NCBI RefSeq assembly: GCF_018977255.1
Contig: NW_024704743.1
Span: 70,062,001-70,126,000 of the forward strand
Length of the DNA: 64,000 bases
Direction: 5' to 3'
Source: Callorhinchus milii
Lineage: Eukaryota
Both the position numbers and the translations under genes were made by a program. The notes beneath the pieces were generated by a model. That model had not been told where the DNA came from. It saw only the letters and a list, made by a program, of their open reading frames with translations, and did not search any database. Shown piece after piece: positions 52,361 through 64,000 of this stretch (positions within the stretch are counted from its first letter, which is position 1; each line of letters starts with the position of its first letter).

Positions 52361-53075
52361 AATTAATATGCCCTCTGAATACTAAATAAGATAATTATTC
52401 AGATGTTCACTAAATTCATTTTATAGCCCTTCATTGTAGAGAAAAGAAAATAACCTATTATTCTGCTTCTATAAATTTTGCGTTTTGTGGTTGAATACTA
52501 TAAACAAGACAATTGTAATATTAGTAGGGCAAAGGTTTGAATTCATTTTTTATAGCATTTCTGTATTGTGAAAGCCTTTTACTGAAATGTATGAAACTAA
52601 ACCAAGGATTTGGAATATTTAAGTTATGTGTTACATGTTGAGGAAAATTAAGTAAAACAATCACAGCATCAGTGCTAGTAAAAGGGGAATAGGAAGTAGG
52701 TTGCAGAATAGTAATATCTCACATCAAACCACTGCCATACAAACAGAAATCTTGTAAACCACAGCAGGACAGTCAAATATCTGACATTTGCAGGATTATG
52801 TATTTATATTACTGGCAGTTGTTAAGTTATGAATATTACCTTTCACAACACAAGTAAACACCAAAACACCACTGTTTGCTAAAATGGGCTGCATCCATGC
52901 CACCACAATTGTTGCAAATTTGTGAGGTACAAACAGATATTCATATTAAAATTATATTACATCTGTGTCTCATAGGAATATGTGAGTTTGGTTGAAACAG
53001 TATTTCAGAGAATGTATGCACAAGAATCACTTAACACATTTAACAAAATTTTATTGGAAAAGTATTAATGCTTAC

Positions 53076-53184
53076 CTTCCAACACACACTGCGAAACCTG
53101 CTGCTTCTCAGTTGTCCATTAATCCCCTTCTGCTTTATTCTTGCATAGTAATTACCATGTCCAAACAAGTCTTCCCATTCTTTG
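53076..53184 (-). CDS. TBC1D5: TBC1 domain family member 5, first coding exon seen in window (109 nt)
   Basis: tattag|C...TGGAAG|gtaagc; encodes KEWEDLFGHGNYYARIKQKGINGQLRSSRFRSVCWK, matching vertebrate TBC1D5 (KEWEELF...GQLRSSRFRSICWK), including the WExL LIR-like motif. Confidence 0.96.
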
Positions 53185-53246
53185 CTAATAATTAAAAATA
53201 AAGAAATATTCAAGAGAAACCATTTGTTATTCAACAACTTGTATTT

Positions 53247-53566
53247 ATAATAATAATCCTTGCAATTGACATAGCGCCTTATTGTGTCTTTCAGACGTCT
53301 CAAAGTGCTTCACAGAATGTACTGTGAAGTGTATATTTTGCAGGAGAAACATGGCAGCCAATTGTGTACAGCAGTGTCCCACAAACAGTGGTGGATTAAG
53401 TGACCACTTTTTTTAAGGGATTATTATCCCGGAAAAGCAATCTGCCAATCGACTAACAACAAGGTTCCTACTTACTGCTAGGTAAACAGAGGCGTGTGGA
53501 GCAAGGAAACTTGCCCAACGTTTCGCCTTGCCTGGGAATTGAACCCAGTTCCTCTTGCTTGGCAAG
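53247..53566 (-). mobile_element. SINE (long variant) about 60 bp from an exon acceptor
   Basis: Reverse copy with B box and long-variant segment. Confidence 0.88.
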
Positions 53567-54735
53567 CTGTACAGAACTGTGTAAATCCGTCAGTGAATTT
53601 CAGTTAAGTAAAAGCCACTCAGGATTATAGAATGTTACATACAACACAGAAATATGCCATTCACCCTAGCAGGCCAGCACTGTTTTTCTTCCAAGTGAAT
53701 CACCTATATTAATCCCTCTGCCTTGCTCATTCAACATAAATTATTATTATATACTGTAATATTTCCCTTTTTCAAGCAACCATCTATGATAATTCCCTTC
53801 TAAAATAACTGACGGACTCATAGTCAAAAATATTGCTAAATAGTAATCCAAATGAAATCGGTATTGTTTGACTTCAATTTATGCCATTTTAAAAATAAAA
53901 AATTTGGTCCAATAATTTCAAGCCAATAAAATGCAAACAGGCATCGTCATTTTCACTGAGCTGTTGGTGACACACATGGCACAATAAATTATAGAATCTG
54001 TGGAAACCCAAAGATAAACAACTTAAACATGCCTCCCAGGCTTAGATACACCAGGGAACAAAACCTGTGCCTCATTAATATACGAGTAAATGTACTCCCC
54101 AATGAGAACAAATGGAAATTAATTGTTCCAAACTATTTACACAGTGGACTGAATCTGTACTTACCATAAAGACCCTAGGATGCAGGATAAAGCATAGACA
54201 CGTGCTGCACTGACTTATCACTGAAGACACACCACTGACTGATATTGGGCCAAGCAGGTAATTGGAGTTAAGGTACAGATATCAGCCATGATTTAATAGA
54301 ATGGTGAAACATGCTCAGGGGCTGATTAGCCTATTCCTGTTATGTCTTCATGTCATAGGTCAACATAACCAGAAATGTCACGGACGGTTATTACTTTCTT
54401 CATTTTTGTGAGGAACCCATGCAATATTTATCTAAGCAGGGTGATAAACACCAAGTGCACAATCATCATATCAGAGAGGAAGATTACTAGGGTTGAGATG
54501 AAGTTAAGACACAGGTGTTCTGTGGATTTGTATTTTCTGAAGTACCGAAGTATAAATTCCTCTTCTAGTTAAGAGCAATTTAAAGGCTTTCTCGGGAGAA
54601 CAAAAAAAAATTAGAACACATTGCGATTCTTAGTAATTCAGCCCAGTGGGAATGCCTGCAGGTACCTGGTACATGAGCTATTTAGAGGGCTAGGGGATTC
54701 CATAAGGACAGAGAAGTATTATAAGGAGTTACAAT

Positions 54736-55563
54736 ACAACAACAAGATTTCATTTATAGAGCGCCTTTCAGGTCGGGAGGACGGCCCAAGGCGCTGGACA
54801 GTTGGGTCAGGACCTGAGCAGGGAGGAAATGGTCAGGGTGAGGGGAGGGAAGGGAGGGAGCGAGGAGGGGGTAGAGAGTCGAGAGGGGAGCTGAAGGCAC
54901 GGTCAAAGAGAAAGGTCTTGAGACCGGCCTTGAAGGAGGAAAGGGAGGAGGCGGCGAAGGCACTGGGGGATGGAGTTCCAGAGCCTCGGGGCTGAGAGGC
55001 TGAAGGCCCGCCACCGATGGTAGGGCGGTTGGGGCGGGGGACGTGGAGCAGACCGGAGCCAGAGGAATGGAGGGTACGGGCAGGTAAATAGGGGGATAGT
55101 AGGTCGGAGAGGTAGGAGGGAGCGAGGCCGTGAATGGCCTTGTAGGTCAGGATGAGGATCTTGAATTCAATCCTCTGGGGGATGGGGAGCCAGTGGAGGC
55201 GAGCGAGGGTGGGAGTGATGTGGTCGCGAAGCCTGGTGCGGGACAGTACATGAGCTGCAGAGTTCTGGAACTCCATCCCCCAGTGCCTTCGCCGCTTCCT
55301 CCCTTTCCTCCTTCAAGGCCGGTCTCAAGACCTTTCTCTTTGACCGTACCTTCAGCTCCCCTCTCGACTCTCTACCCCCTCCTCGCTCCCTCCCTTCCCT
55401 CCCCTCACCCTGACTGTTTCCCCCCATCTCGCTCCCTCCCTTCCCTCCCCTCACTCTGACCATTTTTCCCCCAAGGCTCGGGTCCTGACCCAACTGTACA
55501 GCACCTTGGGACGTCCTCCTGACGTGAAAGGCGCTCTATAAATGGAATCTTGTTGTTGTTGTT
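54736..55563. mobile_element. Two young L2 3' fragments fused head-to-head (minus 54736-55269, plus 55264-55563)
   Basis: (AAC)n at the left end and (GTT)n at the right end; ORF 54833..55276 is an L2 C-terminus; arms overlap at tctgga. Confidence 0.9.
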
Positions 55564-55738
55564 AGAATGCAAATCTCACTTGGCCAGAGACCATATTCAG
55601 ATATGATAACCTTTTGACAGCTGATGTAGCCTTATTTTAAAACTGATATTTTTCAGATATTGAGCAAACATATTTAAAATGAAAGATGTCCTTTAAACGT
55701 AACTGCAGAGACAATTGGCTTCATTGTAAACTGCTTAC

Positions 55739-55824
55739 CTCTTTATGTGTTCCATTTTTAAGTACTTATTATTTTCAAAGAAATCACTAGTTGAAGGGCT
55801 CTTCACGTAGAACTCAACAGACAT
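55739..55824 (-). CDS. Candidate alternative first coding exon of TBC1D5 (unverified)
   Basis: ATG-initiated open frame MSVEFYVKSPSTSDFFENNKYLKMEHIK ending AG|gtaagc in phase 2, which fits the exon at 53184; no homology support recalled. Confidence 0.35.
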
Positions 55825-57492
55825 TTTAATGAAGAGGATGCACTCAGGTTACAGAGGGAGCATATCTCCACAACAGACAGGACTGCAGCAAACCAGGCCA
55901 GAACAATCATTCACAGTTGTTTTATTTTTAGTTCTGAGCCGAGCCGAAAAAGAAAACAATTTATTTCTTGTGGCTTCTTTTATTTTCAGAGAAATCTATA
56001 GTTGAGGGGTTTCTCTACAAATGTCAATTATTCCCATACCAAAAGCTAGAAATAGCCAAACTCTCTTGAATTCCTCCAACCGATATAGTGACAGCATATC
56101 AGCTTCACTGAAACATGTCTTCTTAGCTCCACAAACATCCAGGAGAGAATAAAAAGAGCTCGGTAAATGTATTCAACAGCAGAGAATCATCTCTCTGGAG
56201 CTCTGCAGTGAGTATTATGGCTTGGCTTCTTACGTGAGCAGTGTTTAGAGACTGCTGCCTTGTCCGTGTGACAATATCCTGTCAAATTTTAAATATTTTG
56301 TCCTTGTAGTTAATGAGTGAGAAACTATGAGTGAAATAAATGAAGGTCAGCATTTGACCTGTCGCATTTCCCTGTTCCATTTCAGGATATGCATCATTTA
56401 ACAATAATACTGATCTGGTATGTTGATCTGTTCCTGAATAGGTAGTATAATTTCTTTATTTCTCTAATATTGTACTAAAATATCAAAAATGAGCACAAAT
56501 GTTATGATGAAATAAAACTTTTGGTAAATAGATCACTGAAATAAAACCAAAAATTGATTGAAAAAGTGCACAAATGGGATACTACAGAATAAACACCACC
56601 TCAGTAAAATAGTGTTTGCCTAGTAATAGAGTTCTTGCAGATTAACTAAATAAAAAATGGCAATGTCCCACAAACAGTCACAAAGTGAACAATTTTATTT
56701 GGGGGGACTGTTGGCAGGACACAGGGAGAACCCCCCCCCCATCACAGTGTATCCTGTAAAGTACTTTGAGACAGCCTTGTGACACAGTAGGCACTATATT
56801 AAATGCAATGATTATTATTTTATTTATATTTAATTCAGAAGACTACAGAGTTAACGTAAAAAATCACATTTTACAAGAACAAACCTATTTTAATTTTGTT
56901 AAAAAGATACTGCATGATTCAGTCTGAATTTGAATAGAAATCATACAACTTACTTGAAACAAGTTAAATAAATTTCCCTTTGTCTTTGTGACAATGGTGG
57001 TGGTATATACGTAATGTACCATCTATTCTATTGACAGGCTTTGATAATTTTAAATTACATTCCTTAAATAAACTTTGAAACAAACCAAAAGATCAATATC
57101 ATATACTAATTCAATAATTTAGGATGAAGATATCATGTATAATATTGAATTACTGTATATGATTAAGATTGAAATAATACCAATTAATCCTTGGCCTTAT
57201 CTGGTGTGTTTCTTACAGAATACTAAATATTCCAAATTAATTATATAATTTCATTAGTTTGCTTAGATTGCCTAGTGTAATAAAGGTTTTATTACTAATG
57301 GCTGCTTTCCATTTATCAATGTTGTAGTCTTCTCGAATCTAACCCAGTCTATGTCTTCTGCTTAAAGAGAGCCTGAGATACACGTCAATGTCATATATGC
57401 CTGAGAAAATATTTTACAAATCGTGTGAAAACAACACTCTGATTGAAGATGCCACTTTCAATTTCGCGGGACTTAAAAAAAAGCCCCTTTTT

Positions 57493-57493
57493 N
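57493..57493. other. Ambiguous base (n), possible assembly join
   Basis: Single n between a T run and an A run. Confidence 0.9.
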
Positions 57494-57611
57494 AAAAAAA
57501 TGCAATATCGGTTTGCAAATTTTAAAAAGTAACATAAATAACTAGTTTTGTGGTATAGCATCAAGATGTTCAGTTTTTAGCTAATGCTATAACCATAACA
57601 TGCAGTTATTT

Positions 57612-57988
57612 GAGGAGTCCTGTAGCTTTGTGGTTAGAGCACTCGCCTCGCAAGCGAGAGGACCTGGGTTCAATTCCCGGGCAGGGCAAAACGTTGGGCA
57701 ATTTCCTTACTCCACACGTCTCTGTTTACCTAGCAGCAAGTAGGAACCCAGTTGTTAGTCAATTGGTGGATCGCTTTTCTGGGGGTAATAATCTCTTCAT
57801 AAAAATAATAATAATAATTTGGTCATTCAATCCACGACTGTTTGAGGGACACTGCTGTGGGCAATTGGCTGCCGCATTTCACACACAAAATATACAGTCA
57901 ATTCACTTTAGAGTGTTTTCTGCGAAGCGCTTTGAGATGCCCTAAAGATGTGATAATGCACTATATCAAATGCAAGGATTATTATTAT
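57612..57988 (+). mobile_element. Full-length SINE (long variant)
   Basis: Head, long internal segment and (TTA)n tail. Confidence 0.9.
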
Positions 57989-59199
57989 TTTATTTGTTGC
58001 AAAGTTCCAGATCGATTCAGATGGGAGCACATCTTTTGTACTTGTGCTATTGATAAGATAAAAGCTTTAAATTATTAACAGAGGCAATAATCAAAAGAGC
58101 CTTCATGGTTTCCGAATTTCAATAACGTGATTACTTCTGAAAGTTTTGCTGGAAATTATGCTGGAAAACATAACTTGTTGTTTATTTGCAAGCAGCTGCT
58201 TGTATATCTTAACTGGCGTATTTGTATCTACAGAAGGCATGTATATTTCACTTATATAGACAACTGTCTGAAAAGAGATGTCAATTATGGTTTCTAGAAA
58301 TGCATCTAACTTTACAACTGCAGAAATATTGGGTGAATCATGGTGCAATAACTGTAGACATACAGATGTGCAATGGGACATAGGATTGATCCATTGAGCA
58401 TGGCCATTTGGCACAGTTCATTATAGGATTGAGTCCTTAACACCACGTACAGCACTTAAGAAAGCAGAGTTCAATAATATATTAGGCCTTTCAAGCTCAT
58501 TCATTGGAACACAAGCATCCCATAGGTATGGAAATTGCGACATTAATAGATGTTAAGATTAGAACCATTATAAAATATAGCTTTACCAACATCTGCTTGG
58601 ACTACTTTTAGTTTATAACCAGAATCAAGCAACATTATAACATTACATTTAAAAATAAATCTATTATGGGGTGTTGGCAGCTGAAATTTCTGCCTTGAGT
58701 ACTGAATTTCATTTGCAGCTTTCAAAATCTACATTTGTGCATTCTATAATACCAGAAAACAATTCTCTGTAGATTTTAAGTTATAAAGTTTACAAGAGAG
58801 GAACAGAAATCTACAGAAGCAACATTTAATCATTGTACTGTAATATGAACTAAGTATACTATAATTCTCAAACAGTTTATTCCACTGGGTATTATCAATT
58901 CCTTTCCTTTTACTTTTAGGTCCAGGAGTACTGTGCCATTAAAACTTGTCCACCTACTGCCAAAGGAACCTAAAGTGCATCATTATTGTTTAATCAAACA
59001 ATTTTCAATTTTACAGGACTTTTTTCAAGAAACATAAATTCTGAACCCATATTTATATGTTCATCAATCCTCTTATTTATCAGCTAAGCAATTCACAAAC
59101 AAAAATACAATTTATAGGTGCAACAAGGTCTCTCACCATTTACTGTGTAGGTCATTTTAACAGAGCAAGGCAGGTGGTTGCAGTGAATCAGATGCTGGG

Positions 59200-59600
59200 C
59201 CTTCACCTCTATAAATTGGCTTTAAATCCAGCTCAGATTGACTTGACTACCCACCTGGGGCGAGGGGGGGGGGGGGTGTTTCCTTGAAGCTGAACTGGCT
59301 CCAAGGTGACATGTTTGGCAACAGAATATTGAAATCGAGCCAACCCTCTGTGGTAGTTTCGATTCCTAGACTAGACTGGTGCACAGTATTCCAGTGCATT
59401 GTTGATAACAACACAGACAGCCTGGATCATCGGTGGGACTTGGAAGGGCAGACCAGTCACATTGGGAATCCTCCCAATCAACTCTTATTAAACCTGCAAG
59501 CCAAAGCCTTACAGGGTAGGGTGCTCCCAGCTGGACAAGCAGCGGAAAAGTTTGCCACACAGTGCTATCAATGGCAAGCTGTGCGATTTTAGCTGTTTAG
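59200..59600 (+). repeat. Sister fragment of the same LINE family
   Basis: Shares tggaagggcagacc...ctgcaagccaaag...cagctggacaagcag...tcaatggcaagct with 1385-1570 and 13150-13220. Confidence 0.7.
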
Positions 59601-60474
59601 ACACCAACACAAACTGGTCATAACTGGTGAGAAAAGTATAGAAGATAAGAGTTGTTATGGTCTGGAATGCACTGCCTGAGAGGGTAATAGAAACAGATTC
59701 AATAACAACTCTCAAAAGGGAATAGGTACTTGAAAAGGAAAACATTACAAGGATCTGGGGAAGGAGCAGGGGAGTGGCACTAATTGGGTAACTCTTCCAT
59801 AGAGTAGGCACAGGCACAATGGACCGAATGGCCTCAGTCTGTGATGTAATTTTCTATGATCCTATTATAATGCTAAGAAAATAATGCACTAGGAGGTACA
59901 CTAATGAGGTTGATACCAAGACATATTGTAGAGACAGAGTAAAGAAAGCATTACTCTGCATCTAGCATGGCTTCGGAATGCTCAATGTTAATACTGGAAA
60001 ATGTTCTATTTCCAATCAACGGCATCCTTTGTCTTGTTGAGCCCAAAAGAGTTTGCACGACCATCATTTACAAACACAAAATATGATATAAATATGTATG
60101 CAAATACATGTATAAAATTAAAAACCTAGTTGCCTTGTCAGAACAGACAAGATAATACGATGCAGTGATATAACCATCAGTTCCAGTTTACTCAAGCCAG
60201 GAGGCAATTAACACAATAACTATTGTATTGTATGTCCGATCACATCTTAAAAATTAACAATCCAGGCTTTCGTAAAATTGTCCTGTGCTTCTGATAGTAC
60301 TCCAGTTACATTTGCAGCAGGAAAATAAATGCTGAGTAAATAGCCCAAGCTGGGAGTGCTTTTTCAAATCTGCAGTATTTTTTAACTACAAATTCTGAGT
60401 GGGGACTGGAAGTAAATTATGCACATCACCCCAACTTGAGAGAATCCTGCATCAAAACTAGAATATACGATGCA

Positions 60475-60725
60475 ATACAATTTACATTTATATAGAACTT
60501 TCACATCAGGGGGGCATTTGAAAGAACTTCACAATGCTGGAAAGCACCTGAGCTGGGGGCTGGATAGGGGAAAAATGACCGAAAGACCGGTCAAAAGGTA
60601 TGTTTTGCGAGGTGCCATGAAAGAAGAGGGACACTAGGATGGAATTCCAGAGCGGGGCAGAGAGCCGATGGTGAGGTGGATAGGGCAGGGGACATGAAGC
60701 AGGCCAGTGCTGAGCGGAGGTAGGT
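60475..60725 (-). mobile_element. Old L2 3' fragment
   Basis: Degenerate L2 tail and APLWNSI remnant. Confidence 0.65.
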
Positions 60726-62914
60726 TGCATGGAAATGGGTTTCCTGCAAATCAGTGTCAGACAGCCAGATTTTTTAACTAAGCAATTCAACACACAGCTC
60801 ACTATATGCTACTTGTCTCTGTCTATCAGAATCCACTGGCTCCGCACACCAATATTTTTAAAAAAGGTGAATTAACTAAAAAAGCCAATGAAAAGAAAGT
60901 ACAGAAATACAGCTCAAGTCATCTTCCAGAGAATAAAATCTTTCTCATATCAATTTGTCACTAATACCATGAACCACAATGAGAAGATGACATTTTGATT
61001 TGGTAAATTAGAAACACGTTGTGACACTACTGGTAGCTCCCAATTGGTTACTTATTGCATTACTGCTCGCTAACATGTAATACTTCACTCTGATGTCCAA
61101 ATTTAGTTCCTTTTAAACAGTGTAATTTTTAACAAGATTTTCTGGCAGTGACTAATCTTATACAAAGAGAAATGTTGACAATTTGTGCAAATTCAAACAT
61201 AAAAATTCTGTGAGGATTCAGCTCCCTAGGGATACTAGTAGAATGCACCACGGTCTATAACACAGATACAGTTTGCTAAAATGATACCACAATTCTGTAA
61301 ATTAATCATTTTACTTTAAGGCTAGCTTTTCATCCCTCCTTCAGTGCTCCACCCTGTCAAAATATACCAAGATAAGATTGATTATCTTGTATTTCAGTTA
61401 ACATCATAGCACTGAAGAAATACACACTAGTCTCATTTAAATAAATGACATGCAGGAAGAAAGCAACTTCCAATAGAACTGTCTGCTTTAAACCTATAGC
61501 GTACTTTTATTATAAGAAAAAATCTATTTGTACATAACACACCTATATTAAAAAGTAATATAAGATAAGGGAGCTTCTCCCAATGCCATGGCCAACAATC
61601 TCCCAAATAAAAATTGGTCATTTACTTCATGGCTGTCTGTGGGACATTGCTGTGCCCAATTAGCTGCTGTGTTGCTTACAAATCCAAAGTCACTACACTT
61701 TTATAGTATTTCCTGTGAACCCCTTTGAGGCATCTCGACGATGTAATAAGGACTAAACAAAATGCAAAGATTTTTATTCTTACAAATAAGATGAGGATGC
61801 CAGATATAGTCTATTTTTAAACAATAATCGGCTATCGTTCAATGCATTTGACTTCAATGATTTCCCCTACCATAACAAAAATACAAATTACTACTCTGTA
61901 TGAAACCACATTTTCTTAATTCCCCCACTTCTGTGATAAATACAATTGTATTTTGCAACAAACCCACTTCATGACTGCTGATATATATATCAGTGCAGCC
62001 TCGGTATATAAGTATTTTGTTATAGTGCTAATTCATTTACAACCCGGCTGGGGCCTAGATGCACGCTGTGTGTGTTTGTGTGTGAATACAGCCAGTTCAG
62101 TTCCCGCATGCCATACCATTCCCATGTTACTTCACTGAATTCTGAGTCAATTGGTCACTGCTTACCTCACTTCCCCAGGAAGTGGTGTTGGCAGAGTCTT
62201 GATGACCTAGAATTCGGCTATTTTGATTTCCCATCCGCTAAATATTGCTTATTTCAGGTCATCAGGTCTCTGCTGAGAATGTGCGCTGCACAGCTCACAG
62301 GAAATCACGGCAGCGGTAATATGATGACCAGGATGTCAGGTTTTTATAAAAGAGATGAGAACTGAGCTGGCCGGCTGCTCAGGCACACAGGGAAACCAGC
62401 TGTTACAGCCTCATAATAAGATAGTTATGATTTTAATGGATTTCAAATACCTTCTTATAGTGAGAATGTATCACATTCGAGCGTTTAGCATACTGCCGGG
62501 TTTAGGGACTGGAAATATGTTTACCTTTTTTGTATTTTACCCGCCTTCGCTTTGAAATGTGAAAATCATAACAATGGTAGAACCTCCGACCCCCTGTCAA
62601 TCACTGATATTTCACAAGCTGCAAAACCAGCCTCACAAGTTTTTTTAAAAAAAAAATGCAAATGTTATTTTCATCTTGGAAATTGCACATTGGCTAGAGG
62701 AAAGATTTTAAAATGAAATGTAGATAGAATAGCTAAGCCAGTTAGGAGTGAAACAAGGAAGCATTTGTTTTGATACAAACGGTTTGTGGAAATCTAGAAT
62801 TCTGTCCCCCAAAAGGATGTGAATGCTGGGTCAACTAGAATTTTCAAGACTAAGGTCAATGGATATTTGTTAGGTAAAGGTATCAAAGAATATGGAGAAA
62901 ATACAATACAAAAC

Positions 62915-63515
62915 ACACAATTACATTTTTGTATAGCGCCTTTCACATTGTGAGGACGTCCCAAGGTGCTGGACAGTCAAGGATTTGGACCCGAGCTGGG
63001 GGGGATTGGTTGGGATCAGGGAGAAGTGGAGGGCAGGGAGGGTAGGAGGGTGGCCGAAGGAGCGGTCGAAGAGGAGGGTCTTGAGATATGCCTTGAAGGA
63101 GGCAAGGGAGGGAGTGAAGTGAAGGGATGGAGATCCAAATGGTGGAGGCAGAGAAGCTGAAGGCCCGACCACTGATGGGGTGGGGTGCGTGGAGCAGGCC
63201 ACAGCCTGCTGAGCGGAGAGGCTGATATGGGGTTATATTTTCTAATATCAACAACAACCTGCATTATAGCATCTCGGAGTGCTTAACAGCCACGTGGCTC
63301 GGAACCAAGCCCGAAAGGGAGGTGACCAAAGGTACAGTTGAAGAGGAAAGTCTTCTGATGTGATTTGAAGACAGGTAAAGAGGAAACAAGACAGAGGGAT
63401 TGAAGCAAGGATCTCCAGAGATTTGGGGCAGCGTGAATGGAAGCAAGGCCGACAATTATGGAGTGGAGTGGACAAGGGATGTGCAGAACACCTGAGCCAG
63501 CTGAGCGAAGGAGGC
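62915..63515 (-). mobile_element. Two tandem older L2 3' fragments
   Basis: ORFs 62921..63202 and 63283..63564 carry L2 C-terminal remnants; tails near 62915 and 63249. Confidence 0.8.
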
Positions 63516-63906
63516 TTTTACCAATTAGTATAATAAGAGTAAGAAACTGATAAGAAATTTGCACTGGTCATTCTGCTGTTGCATTCAGCATACACATGTG
63601 AAACAATTATTTTTAAACAATTTTTATGTTTAAACTCTATTTCAACAATAACATAAATGTCCTTTAAATACATCTAAATGTGTGTCTTTTATTATCTACT
63701 TTCAACCACTCGCAACAATTCAAGCATCAGCACAAAACAATTGAAATGTTCTAATACAAATACTTCAGAATACACTCTTGATATTGAACTTTAAGACCTA
63801 TACAGTCCAATTATAATTCCACAATGTTGAGATTCCAAATTGGTTTAGATAAAATCTTAAAACTATAGTCCCCTAAACTCTTTGAGAACAATGGTTATCA
63901 CTATTT

Positions 63907-64000
63907 GTGGAGTCCTATAGCTCAGTGGTGAGAGCACTTGCCTCACAAGCGAGACCTGGGTACAATTCCTGAAACGTTGGGCAAGTTTCCTTACTCCACA
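63907..64000 (+). mobile_element. SINE 5' part cut by the window edge
   Basis: gtggagtcctatagctcagtgg...ttgggcaagtttccttactccaca. Confidence 0.85.

Noticed and set aside
15692..53184. U12-type (minor) introns in TBC1D5
   Set aside because: All 11 donors are U2-type (gtaag, gtgag, gtatg, gtaat); none is gtatcc or atatcc
54160..54190. Isolated strong minus-strand donor (ATG|gtaagt)
   Set aside because: No TBC1D5-like peptide upstream; such motifs are expected by chance
1146..63564. The many 60-217 aa ORFs in the track as novel genes
   Set aside because: They are LINE/SINE remnants, antisense frames of them, microsatellite frames or chance ORFs; only 17052..17240 and 53040..53303 read TBC1D5 exons in frame
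1..64000. CRISPR arrays or prokaryotic/viral systems
   Set aside because: No regularly spaced repeat-spacer arrays or operons; the DNA is a vertebrate exon-intron region

Overview
This is vertebrate genomic DNA, most likely from a cartilaginous fish (holocephalan or shark-type repeat content; inference). The whole window lies inside one minus-strand gene, TBC1D5 (Rab7 GAP, retromer partner). I can read 11 consecutive GT-AG coding exons (53184 down to 15692, 1078 nt, frame continuous). They encode the LIR-like motif and most of the TBC domain, including IxxDxxR and YxQ. The canonical upstream and downstream exons were not found in the window. The introns hold tRNA-headed SINEs with LINE2-type tails, older Deu-type SINEs, many L2 and CR1 fragments, one degenerate RTE/RTEX-like LINE with three sister 3' fragments, and repeat-poor stretches that may be conserved non-coding elements. 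Most notable: (1) two palindromic, TSD-flanked Penelope-like elements carrying hammerhead-ribozyme-like cores; (2) a candidate alternative first or poison exon in frame with the first TBC1D5 exon here; (3) a head-to-head fused L2 pair with both 3' tails pointing outward; (4) a MITE whose inverted termini carry CTCF-like motifs; (5) a Helitron-like element. Repeat family names come from recognition, not database search, and repeat boundaries are approximate.
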